A stretch of DNA of 64,000 nucleotides from Treponemataceae bacterium (GTDB lineage: Bacteria > Spirochaetota > Spirochaetia > Treponematales > Rectinemataceae): positions 1,248,001-1,312,000 of the forward strand of contig CAXXHO010000005.1 in assembly GCA_963667725.2 (NCBI GenBank), in the 5' to 3' direction. Under the pieces are notes generated by a model that saw only the letters and a program-made list of their open reading frames with translations, searched no databases and had not been told where the DNA came from. Shown piece by piece: positions 19,024 through 27,656 of this stretch (the first letter of the stretch is position 1; every line of letters starts with the position of its first letter). Position numbers and translations under genes: made by a program.

Positions 19024-20205
19024 ATGAAATACGATTTTGACCGACTCTATGACAGAGCTTCTTCCGATTCCCTGAAGTGGGCCAATAGAGCCGAGCATTG
19101 CGGCTCCGAGGATGCGATACCGCTCTGGGTGGCCGACATGGATTTTGCCTGTCCGCCCGAAGTCGCCGCCGCGGTGCGGGAGAGGGCGGCCCACCCCATC
19201 TATGGCTATCCCATAAGGAGCGATGCCTACTACCAGGCCGTCATCGGCTGGATGAAGCGGCGCAATGGCTGGAACATCGCCAAAGAGTGGATCTGCTACT
19301 CGCCCGGCGTCGTTCCGGCCCTCAACTTCGCCGTCCAGGCCGTATCCAACCCTGGCGACAAGATCATCATCCAGCCGCCGGGGTACCACCCCTTCGTGAG
19401 CGCGACCCTGTGCAATGGCCGCCAGCTTGTCGAAAACGAGCTCGTTTTCGACGGCGGGCGCTATGTCATGGATTACGAGGCCCTCGAACGATCCATCGAC
19501 GGACGTACCAAGGCTATCATCTTTTGCAGTCCGCACAACCCCGTAGGCAGGGTCTGGGAAAAGATCGAGCTGGAAAAGCTCGTCGATATCTGCCATCGCC
19601 ACGGCATCGTCATTATTTCGGATGAAATTCACTCCGATCTCATTCTGGGCGATATCCGCCACTCGCCCATTGCCTCCCTATCCGAAAAGGCCGCGGCCAT
19701 CACCATCACGCTCACCGCTCCCAACAAGACCTTCAATATGGCCGGGCTTACGATGGGCAATGCCATCATTTCCGACAAAAAGCTTCGCGACGCCTTTCAG
19801 AACGCAGTGGAAGACTCGGGCATCGGCGTGTCGAATGTATTCGGCAACGTCGCCCTCGAGGCGGCCTACAACGAGGGCGAAGCCTGGCTCGAGGAACTGC
19901 TCGTCTACCTGCGGGGGAATTTCGGCCTCGTTTCGGATTTCATCGCCAAGAAGTTGCCCGAACTCAGTATATTACCACTAGAAGGCACCTATCTCGGCTG
20001 GATCGATTGCCGGAGGCTCGGGCTCTCCGATGCCGGGCTCAGGGAATTCTTCACGAAAAAGGCCAGGATATGGCTGGATGAGGGAACAAAGTTCGGCTCC
20101 GGCGGTTCCGGGTTCATGCGCGTAAACCTGGCCTGCCCGAGATCGTATCTGGCGGAAGCGCTCCTCAGGATGGAAAAAGCTCTCGAGGAACGAAGGAGGG
20201 GATGA
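19024..20205 (+). CDS. MalY/PatB family PLP-dependent C-S lyase (cystathionine beta-lyase-like)
   Basis: PLWVADMDF, CSPHNPVGRVW, SDEIHSD, APNKTFN, EGTYL.W.D, FMRVNLACP. Confidence 0.92.
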   Translation: MKYDFDRLYDRASSDSLKWANRAEHCGSEDAIPLWVADMDFACPPEVAAAVRERAAHPIYGYPIRSDAYYQAVIGWMKRRNGWNIAKEWICYSPGVVPALNFAVQAVSNPGDKIIIQPPGYHPFVSATLCNGRQLVENELVFDGGRYVMDYEALERSIDGRTKAIIFCSPHNPVGRVWEKIELEKLVDICHRHGIVIISDEIHSDLILGDIRHSPIASLSEKAAAITITLTAPNKTFNMAGLTMGNAIISDKKLRDAFQNAVEDSGIGVSNVFGNVALEAAYNEGEAWLEELLVYLRGNFGLVSDFIAKKLPELSILPLEGTYLGWIDCRRLGLSDAGLREFFTKKARIWLDEGTKFGSGGSGFMRVNLACPRSYLAEALLRMEKALEERRRG

Positions 20206-20206
20206 C

Positions 20207-20737
20207 ATGGATTTTATTCTCGACGAAGTCGCTCAATTCTGGCGGATCATCACGCTCAAGCCGTTCAGGAAAACGGAAGGAGTTTCGTTCGACATCCTGC
20301 CGATGAAGTACCTTCCGAAGATAGACGGCGTGGACCGTGTCGTGCACAAGCACGGAGCCTTGTCGCCGGGCTCGGTGGGAGACGTTAAGCGGCCCTGGTA
20401 CCTTCATCCCCAGCAGGAGGACAATCTTCTCGTGCTTCAGGGCGTCCGCATGGTGGACATATATTCCCTGAAATACAGGCGCCTCGAGCACTTCACCGTG
20501 GAGCCCGAAAGAGTGTTCCACAACGACAAGCTCGTGTATGAAGGACCGGCCATGGTCGTGTGGCCGACCAACGTGTTCCATCGCATAACGTCGGGCGAAA
20601 ATGGCTCCGTGTCCCTCAATTTCGCCGTCAGGCTGCCCGGATTCAATATCGACACCAATTTTTCCGTCTACGATCTCGATACGAAGACGGGGGAATACAA
20701 AGTCATCAGGGAAGGAAAGCTGGATCAGTTCGCGTAA
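20207..20737 (+). CDS. Conserved hypothetical protein, probable cupin fold
   Basis: WYLHPQQEDNL..LQG and WPTNVFHR resemble cupin motifs 1 and 2; tightly coupled to the upstream gene. Confidence 0.6.
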   Translation: MDFILDEVAQFWRIITLKPFRKTEGVSFDILPMKYLPKIDGVDRVVHKHGALSPGSVGDVKRPWYLHPQQEDNLLVLQGVRMVDIYSLKYRRLEHFTVEPERVFHNDKLVYEGPAMVVWPTNVFHRITSGENGSVSLNFAVRLPGFNIDTNFSVYDLDTKTGEYKVIREGKLDQFA

Positions 20738-20738
20738 C

Positions 20739-20770
20739 GCGTTGCGCAGAGTGCGATTTCGCGCAACGCG
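20739..20770. terminator. Hairpin between convergent genes
   Basis: CGCGTTGCG...CGCAACGCG inverted repeat. Confidence 0.55.
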
Positions 20771-20776
20771 GGGTTT

Positions 20777-22093
20777 TCATTCCTCTTCCGCGTTGCGGTT
20801 CACTTCGTTGGTTCTGCTCACCATGACCTTGTCTATTCTGTTGCCGTCCATGTCCACTATTTCGATATGAAAGCTGTTCCATTCGCAGGACTCGCCCACT
20901 TTGGGGATCGAGCCCATGCATTCGAGCACGAGGCCGGCCACGGTATCGTAGGCGTTGGCGTCGAATTTTTCCTCGTCCAGCTCCATGGATTCGGCGAACT
21001 CCGCTATGGCGAGGGTGCCGTCCACGAGGAATGAGCCGTCTTCCCGCTCGACGACGCCTGGCACTTCGTCGGAGTCGTTCTGGGCGAGTCCCGCGACGAC
21101 GGATTCCATGAGATCGCTCATCGTTACGAGGCCGGAAACGCCGCCGTATTCGTCGACGATCAAGCCGGTGCTCGCCGCGTTGTCTTTCAGTATGGAGAGA
21201 GCGCGCAAGGCCGATATGGTCTCAGGTATGAGGACGGGCGGGCTCAGGTGGGCCCTGATATCGATGCTGCCTTCGCGCACGAGGGTGGCGAGGGCTTCCC
21301 TGACGTTGAGCATGCCCACGATCCTGTCGAGGTCGCCTTCCATGACGGGCAGGCAGGCGAAGTTGGCGTTCGCCACCAGTTCTTCCTTGGTCGTTTTATT
21401 CCCGTCTTCCAAATCCAGGGCCAGGACGTCGGTGCGCGGCGTCATGAAGGTCGTGACCCGCCTGTCGTCCAGGTTGAGGACGCCCTCCACCATTTCCTTT
21501 TCCGAGTTCTCGAAGATGCCCGATTCCGCGCCCTCGGCTATGAGGATCTTGACTTCATCTTCGGTGACGTCCGGTCCCGGGGCGCGCGCGAAGCCGAGGG
21601 TTCTGACGATGAGCGATGTCGCGCCCGACAGGAATCTGACGAGGGGATCGAAGATGATGCTGATGATGGAGATAGGGCGAATGATGGCCGCGGCGACCTT
21701 CTCGGGGCGAGAGAGGGCAAGGCTTTTCGGCACCAGTTCCCCGAGGATGACAGAGAAGAGCGTGGTGAGGATGACGATGATTACGACCGAAAGCGGTTCG
21801 GCGATGCTGGCGACGAGGGGAAAGCCCGAAAGCCAGAGGCTCATGCTGCGCGATATCGTCGCTCCGCCCACGGCGCCGGTCAGAATGCCGATGAGGGTGA
21901 TCGCCACCTGTATGGCCGACAGATATCTGCCGGGCTGCTCCGCGGCGCGCAGGGCAAGCAGATAGTTTTTTCTGCCCTCGTCCGCCTCGTGGCGGAGTCT
22001 GGCCTTTCGGGAGGATACGATCGCCATTTCCGAGAGAGAAAAAAAGCCGTTGAGGAGAATGAGGGCCAGAATGAGTATGAGTTCAGCGATCAT
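20777..22093 (-). CDS. HlyC/CorC (CNNM + CBS + CorC) family protein
   Basis: LNGFFSLSEMAIVSSRK, GELVPKSLA, MTPRTD, VDEYGGVSGLVT, VDMDGNRIDKV. Confidence 0.93.
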   Translation of the reverse strand: MIAELILILALILLNGFFSLSEMAIVSSRKARLRHEADEGRKNYLLALRAAEQPGRYLSAIQVAITLIGILTGAVGGATISRSMSLWLSGFPLVASIAEPLSVVIIVILTTLFSVILGELVPKSLALSRPEKVAAAIIRPISIISIIFDPLVRFLSGATSLIVRTLGFARAPGPDVTEDEVKILIAEGAESGIFENSEKEMVEGVLNLDDRRVTTFMTPRTDVLALDLEDGNKTTKEELVANANFACLPVMEGDLDRIVGMLNVREALATLVREGSIDIRAHLSPPVLIPETISALRALSILKDNAASTGLIVDEYGGVSGLVTMSDLMESVVAGLAQNDSDEVPGVVEREDGSFLVDGTLAIAEFAESMELDEEKFDANAYDTVAGLVLECMGSIPKVGESCEWNSFHIEIVDMDGNRIDKVMVSRTNEVNRNAEEE

Positions 22094-22329
22094 GGCAGGC
22101 CTCGAGGCTGTGCTTGGAAGAATATGGCCGGCGCCTCAGCGAGGCGCCGATGTGACTGAAGGGATCGGTTTCCGGAGACGGGGGTTCCGCGGTGTCGGAT
22201 GCGTGTTCGTTCATGGGTCCAGAATACCAAATAATCGAGGCCTCGTCGAGACCGGCTTCGCTATCGACGTCGATAGCGACGACGCTCCCTACCGTAGTGA
22301 AAAATAAAAACTTGTTGTATAGTTCCCGC

Positions 22330-24432
22330 ATGCTGAACCGATTCGCCGTCCTGATCTGCGCCCTGGCCTTCTGCCTGTTGGGCGCATCCGCCCAGAACGT
22401 TGACGCGGCATTTCCCGCTGACGATACCTTCAGGGTCATAGCCGACTCGATCTCCATCGGCAGGGAAGAATTTTCCGCCCGTCTCGACGAGATCCGCGCC
22501 GAAGGACGCGAGCCTCTCGGCCTCGTCCTCGCGGGTGGATCGGCGCGGGCTTACGCTCATATCGGCGTCATCCAGGTGCTTGAAGATGCCGGCATCAGGC
22601 CTGACTTCATCGTCGCCAACTCTATGGGCGCCGTGGTCGGCATGCTTTACGCCGCCGGAGTATCCCCTGGCACGATCGCCCAAATCGTAGGAGCCGTTCC
22701 CCCCGAATTCTATTTCAACCTCGTTCTCCCCACGAAAGGCGGCATAATCAACGCCGATCCCTTTGTCGGCGCCGTAAAGGAAATGGTGGGAGATCTGGAT
22801 CTCTCCGATACTCCGATACCTATCATCGTGACGGGCGAAGACCTGAGGACCAGGCGGCTTGTGGAGCTGTCAGCGGGAGAATTTTCCAAAGCCATGACGA
22901 CAACCTTCGCCATGCCGGCGATTTTCGAACCGGTTCCCTTCGGGGAATTCCTCCTCGTCGACGGCGGATCGACCAACTTGGTGCCGGTCGAGATAGCCGC
23001 GAAGTATTCCTCTCTTCTTATCGTTTCCACCGCCTTCTACAACAAGAGCATGAACTACGGCAATCTTCTGTCCGTGCTCAGCAGGACCTTCGATATCGGG
23101 AAAACGAGATCGGGCATCGAGGCGCTGCTCGCGGTCTCGCCCATCGTCATCAGAAATGATGTCGAAAATATTTCTTACATGCAGTTTTCCAGCCCAGCGG
23201 CCATCATCGAGCGGGGAAGGGAAAGCGCCTTGGCTTCCATCGACGAAATACTCGGCGTACTGCCCGCAACGTCCAAAAATAGGCGGATGCCGCCCGAGCT
23301 GATCGAAGCCAGGGCAAGGTATGACCTCTCAATTCCGCGTACCCTCGCCCGGCTGAGGCGGGGGGCCTTGCCCGACGTTGTTCCTTCGGTGCGATACAAA
23401 CTCAGATACAAGCTTTTTGATATGTTTGAGCGTTCGGCGATGGAGCTGGACAGTCAAATGTACGGCGGGCTGGCGCTGTCGGCGGCGGCCGGCATGGTCA
23501 GAGCTTCGGTTTCCTCGATAATGGGGCTGTCGGGAGACCCCGGGCGGCAGTGGGCGCTTACGATGGGCATGCGGGCCAATCCCCTCGATACCTTTCTCAC
23601 CGAGGCCGAGTTGAGACTTTGGGGCGATTTCAGTTCACTTCCCGCGTTTTTTCTCGAGCCCGACAGCCTCGAATTCCTGGCCGATCTTTCCTGGTCCTCG
23701 AAGGGCGAGGACCTCGTCCTCCGGCCCTCTCTGAGCGCCTCCCTCGATTACGCCCTTGACTCGGGGGCTCTCGGCTGGGAAACAAGGGCCGAAGTGGCTC
23801 TCGACGCGGGACTCGGCGACAGGCCTCTCCTCCAGGGAACCTGGGCGGGGTTTGTGTCGGCAAGAGCGGGCGCCTTTGCCGACACGCTGGCCGAGCCGGC
23901 GGGCTCGCCACGCTATGGTCCCGAAATGACGCTGAAGACGGGCATTGCCTATCTTGGCGGCACCAATTTGGGCGGCGCCGCTTCTGGTAGCGCCAATTCT
24001 GGCGCCGCCAGTCCTGGCGGCGCCGCCTTGAGGGGAAGGGTGACGGGGCGGTTCGATATGTCCGGCAGGGGGCTCTCGCTCGAGCGGGGCGAAGCCTATC
24101 GGGGAAACGCCCTAGCGGGCGCGGCGCCCATCGTCATCGCCGCTAACATGGAACTCGTCTGGCTGGCGAAATCCCTCGAGTTCGACGCGGCCGAGCTATT
24201 CCTCGTCAAGAACATGGAATTGGGTCCATATTTCGACGCCGTCTGGCTTGCGGGCGGCGGCTCCGGTTCAACCCTGAAGCCTGATGCCTTCAGCCTCGGG
24301 CTCAGCTACGGCACTACCCTGAGTTTCGCCGGCTTGACGCCCATCGATCTGTCGCTTTTCCTGGGCTTGGACAATACGGGATATCCGGTTTTCGGCGTCA
24401 GGGCGGGAAGGCTTTTCCCCGCCGTCAAGTGA
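22330..24432 (+). CDS. Exported patatin-like phospholipase with a C-terminal beta-rich domain
   Basis: Signal peptide; LAGGSARAYAHIG, ANSMG, VDGG; C-terminus amphipathic and strand-like. Confidence 0.85.
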   Translation: MLNRFAVLICALAFCLLGASAQNVDAAFPADDTFRVIADSISIGREEFSARLDEIRAEGREPLGLVLAGGSARAYAHIGVIQVLEDAGIRPDFIVANSMGAVVGMLYAAGVSPGTIAQIVGAVPPEFYFNLVLPTKGGIINADPFVGAVKEMVGDLDLSDTPIPIIVTGEDLRTRRLVELSAGEFSKAMTTTFAMPAIFEPVPFGEFLLVDGGSTNLVPVEIAAKYSSLLIVSTAFYNKSMNYGNLLSVLSRTFDIGKTRSGIEALLAVSPIVIRNDVENISYMQFSSPAAIIERGRESALASIDEILGVLPATSKNRRMPPELIEARARYDLSIPRTLARLRRGALPDVVPSVRYKLRYKLFDMFERSAMELDSQMYGGLALSAAAGMVRASVSSIMGLSGDPGRQWALTMGMRANPLDTFLTEAELRLWGDFSSLPAFFLEPDSLEFLADLSWSSKGEDLVLRPSLSASLDYALDSGALGWETRAEVALDAGLGDRPLLQGTWAGFVSARAGAFADTLAEPAGSPRYGPEMTLKTGIAYLGGTNLGGAASGSANSGAASPGGAALRGRVTGRFDMSGRGLSLERGEAYRGNALAGAAPIVIAANMELVWLAKSLEFDAAELFLVKNMELGPYFDAVWLAGGGSGSTLKPDAFSLGLSYGTTLSFAGLTPIDLSLFLGLDNTGYPVFGVRAGRLFPAVK
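23956..24030 (+). repeat. Degenerate 15-bp tandem repeat (x5) within the patatin gene
   Basis: GGCGGCACCAATTTG GGCGGCGCCGCTTCT GGTAGCGCCAATTCT GGCGCCGCCAGTCCT GGCGGCGCCGCCTTG. Confidence 0.65.
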
Positions 24433-26194
24433 TATTCTCGTCTTCGCCGTAGGCCGCGTCGTTCTGCGTCAGGGGATTCTTGAAGCGCCAGAGCAGAAGG
24501 GCGATAAAGACCAGGTTGATGACGCTGGCCGCCGCGAAAAGGTTCCATTTCGGATTGCCCGAGGCCACCGACCCCACATAGCTGTGAAGCTTCACCCCAA
24601 TGGTGTAAAGCCTGTCGTCGGTGAGAAAAACGAGGGGAACGAGGAAGCCGTTCCAGGCGGAGATGAAGGCCGTCATCATCGCGGCGGCCAGGGCCGGGGC
24701 GCTCAAGGGAGCGATGATCTTCAGCATATAGGCGAGGGGCTTCATGCCCTCGAGCGCGGCTTCCTCCTCATAGCTCGGAGGCAGGCGATCCAGGAAGGCC
24801 TTCAGCGTAAAGAGTGAAAAGGGCAGGGCGTGGAAGATATACACCGTGACGAGCGGGACATAGCCGCCCAGCAAGCCCATAAGCCTGAAGAGAATGAAGA
24901 GCGGAATGAGGGAATGGACGCCGCCCGTCATTCCTAGCGCCTGCAGGAAGGCGAAGGCCTTCGCCGAGCGCCTGGCCGTCGTCCGCGACAGGGCAAGGGC
25001 CGCCGGCAAGGTGAAGATCGGTAACAAGAGGGCTGTGGTCGCCGCTACCAGGAAGGTGTTGAAAAAGTATCGCAGTATTCCCTCTTCACGCAGAATGGTG
25101 GCGTAGGGACGAAGCGAGATGAAACGCGGAAGAAGCCCGTCTATATAGACTGCCGACAGATCCGAGAACGAAAGCCACAGGACAACGTAGATTACGAGAA
25201 CGGCGGAAGCGACGGCGAAAATTCGCGCCGTCCAGCAGGCCGCTTTCCAGGCGAAGGCCGCCGCTTTGCCGCCGATGTTCGGCCGTACCATCCGCTCTTT
25301 CCCTTCCGGCCGCTTTCTGAGGCGAAACCACAGCCCAACCAGCAATATGACGAGCATTCCCACCGCGACGGCGTATGCCGAAGGTATGCCGTAGTCATTT
25401 TCGTTCCTAAAGGCGTCATAGAGAAAAATTTCGAGCGTGGTCGTCGCCCCGACAATATTTTTTTCGGTGATGCCGCCGATAAAGGGCGGTCCTCCGGCCG
25501 TCATCAGGAAGGGCACCTGGAATTCCTTGAACGACCTCACGAAATCGAGAGCCCACATGACGATGAGCGTTGTGCGGGCTTGCGGCGCCCTTATCCATCG
25601 CGCGATCGTCCAGGAATCGGCCCCGTCCATACTGGCGGCTTCTGTCATGCCGCGGTTCACGGCGCGGAGCGACGCGTAGAGGGCAAACACGACAAGGGGA
25701 ATGCTCAGCCATACGTCGACGGCAAGGGCGGCGACAAAACCGGCCGCTGGATCGGTGAGAAGATTCAGCTCTCTCCCCAGCATGACCGAAAGAATCGACT
25801 TTCCGCCGCTGCCGTGGATGATCATCCGCCAGATGGGCACCGAGATGAAGGATGGCACTCCCCAGGGCACGAGAATGGCCGCGAAAACGATCTTGAAAGA
25901 CTTTCCCGCGTCCAGGAGGACGGAAGCCAGGATGAATCCGATGAGAACGGAGAGGCTGGCCGAGAGGAGGGCCCATCCCAGCGTTATGCCCAGGGAAAGA
26001 ACGAATGCCCTGTCCTCGACGAGGGCTCTGAAATTTTCGAGACCGGCCCAGGCGGCCTGGCCGTAGCTGTCGTGGTAGAGGGAACTGACCGCGGCGGTAA
26101 AGAAGGGTAGTATGCCCGCGGCCAGAACGAGAAAGGCGAGAGGAAGGATGGCCAGTTTCGCCGCCCTGGATCCGCCGAGGATGGACGCCTTCAT
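24425..26194 (-). CDS. Fused two-domain ABC permease (MalF-like + MalG-like)
   Basis: GLENFRAL, PWGVP, EAASMDGA (EAA loop 1); FFNTFLVA, EEEAALEG (EAA loop 2), FISAWN. Confidence 0.88.
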   Translation of the reverse strand: MKASILGGSRAAKLAILPLAFLVLAAGILPFFTAAVSSLYHDSYGQAAWAGLENFRALVEDRAFVLSLGITLGWALLSASLSVLIGFILASVLLDAGKSFKIVFAAILVPWGVPSFISVPIWRMIIHGSGGKSILSVMLGRELNLLTDPAAGFVAALAVDVWLSIPLVVFALYASLRAVNRGMTEAASMDGADSWTIARWIRAPQARTTLIVMWALDFVRSFKEFQVPFLMTAGGPPFIGGITEKNIVGATTTLEIFLYDAFRNENDYGIPSAYAVAVGMLVILLVGLWFRLRKRPEGKERMVRPNIGGKAAAFAWKAACWTARIFAVASAVLVIYVVLWLSFSDLSAVYIDGLLPRFISLRPYATILREEGILRYFFNTFLVAATTALLLPIFTLPAALALSRTTARRSAKAFAFLQALGMTGGVHSLIPLFILFRLMGLLGGYVPLVTVYIFHALPFSLFTLKAFLDRLPPSYEEEAALEGMKPLAYMLKIIAPLSAPALAAAMMTAFISAWNGFLVPLVFLTDDRLYTIGVKLHSYVGSVASGNPKWNLFAAASVINLVFIALLLWRFKNPLTQNDAAYGEDENIT

Positions 26195-26201
26195 TCCTTC
26201 C

Positions 26202-27629
26202 CTAGAAAACGAGATTGATAGACTGGATCTGCTTTACGTTCTTGATCCCTTCGGGCAACCTGGCGATGTTCTTGTCCCAGACGAGGACGAGGGGGAATTC
26301 GCTGGGATCGAGGCCAGCCCCATCCTTGTACATGGCGAGTATGACTTCGTCGTTGGCGTCCAGTTCGCGCGAATCGAGGGTGATCTTGTAGCCGTCGACG
26401 GCGGTTACCTCGACTTTGTAGCCGGCCTTGGCCGCCGCGCTGTCATAAGCATGGATGCTCGTGTCCTGCTTGTGCGGCTGGTAAGCGGGGTCGTCGGCGT
26501 AGCCCAGCAGAAGGTGGAGGGGGAAGCCGGTGTAGCTGCCGCTTATTCCCTTGCGCTCGAAAACGACTTCCTTCTTGTGGCAGCTCACGCAGGACTGCAC
26601 CGTGGCGCGATCCATCGTTCCGTTCATTTTCCCCCCGTAGGAGACGGCGAAATCCTTGAAGTCCTTCTGTTTCACGATGATGCGCTTGATCATCTTGACC
26701 GAGGTGTGGCCGTCGATGTTGGGATCGTTGGGACCGATTTTCACCGTCCTTATGTAGCCCGGATCCTTGGGGAGCCAGTCGCCGTCCATCCTGAAGGCCA
26801 GTATCCAGGTGCCGTCCGCCTCGTCGAGCACTTGCTTGCCGGAATAGGTCATCTCATAGCCGTCGGTGGCCGCGAAGGTTATGGAATCGTCAGCGGAAAG
26901 ACTCATGAAACGGGCCAGGATAGCCCTGAGGCCCACCCCGCCATAGACATTGGAGTACTTTGTCCCGGCGCTGGTCGTGAAGCTTCCCTTGTTTTCCATA
27001 TATGCCTGATCTTTTTCCAGGTCGGCGAGGGTGTAGGAGGCTTTCACTCCGTTTATATCCAGCTCGAGCGCGAAGGAGGCGGCTTCCGAAACCGCCTTGG
27101 ACGCTGCGAGGCTCGTGGTTATGGAGGCGATCTGCTTGACCCAAAGGCCCTTGGCCGTGTCGCCGACGACCATGGGTCTGTCGAGGGGCTTGCCGGCTTC
27201 GGTATCGGCGAGGATCAGCGCGTCCTGGGCGACATCCTTCGTGGAGAAGGTGGCGGAAAAACCGTCGGCCGCCGAGAGGGTGACTTCATAGCCCTTGGCC
27301 CAGAGTCCGGCGTCGAAGGCATAGGGATGGGAGGAGTCGGAACCGTCGATCATGGCGATAGCGAGGCGGAGGGGAATGCCTGAATAGGTTGTCGCCACGC
27401 CTTTTTTATCCACCGTTTTCTGGACATAATCCTTGCCCGCGGCCTTTATCTTCTGGTAATAGGACTGGGACAGGCTGTCCTTCCTCGCGCCCGCCAGTTC
27501 GATGCTCCAGCCCGTCTCCGCCGCCGAGGCGGCCGATGTCGAGTCCGCCGCTTTCCGCGATACGCATCCGGCGAGAACGAACGCGATGGCGACCGTGATG
27601 GCGAGAATGGTCCTCATTCGTCTAGGCAT
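26202..27629 (-). CDS. Lipoprotein with three tandem repeats resembling the molybdopterin-dependent oxidoreductase (sulfite-oxidase-like) domain
   Basis: Lipobox LAGC; each repeat has YxG(I/V/F)xL...AxDG(F/Y)...ILA...G..L...VKxIxxI; AAGGAG SD. Confidence 0.7.
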   Translation of the reverse strand: MPRRMRTILAITVAIAFVLAGCVSRKAADSTSAASAAETGWSIELAGARKDSLSQSYYQKIKAAGKDYVQKTVDKKGVATTYSGIPLRLAIAMIDGSDSSHPYAFDAGLWAKGYEVTLSAADGFSATFSTKDVAQDALILADTEAGKPLDRPMVVGDTAKGLWVKQIASITTSLAASKAVSEAASFALELDINGVKASYTLADLEKDQAYMENKGSFTTSAGTKYSNVYGGVGLRAILARFMSLSADDSITFAATDGYEMTYSGKQVLDEADGTWILAFRMDGDWLPKDPGYIRTVKIGPNDPNIDGHTSVKMIKRIIVKQKDFKDFAVSYGGKMNGTMDRATVQSCVSCHKKEVVFERKGISGSYTGFPLHLLLGYADDPAYQPHKQDTSIHAYDSAAAKAGYKVEVTAVDGYKITLDSRELDANDEVILAMYKDGAGLDPSEFPLVLVWDKNIARLPEGIKNVKQIQSINLVF

Positions 27630-27656
27630 GGTGTTGCTCCTTTCGCATATTCATGA

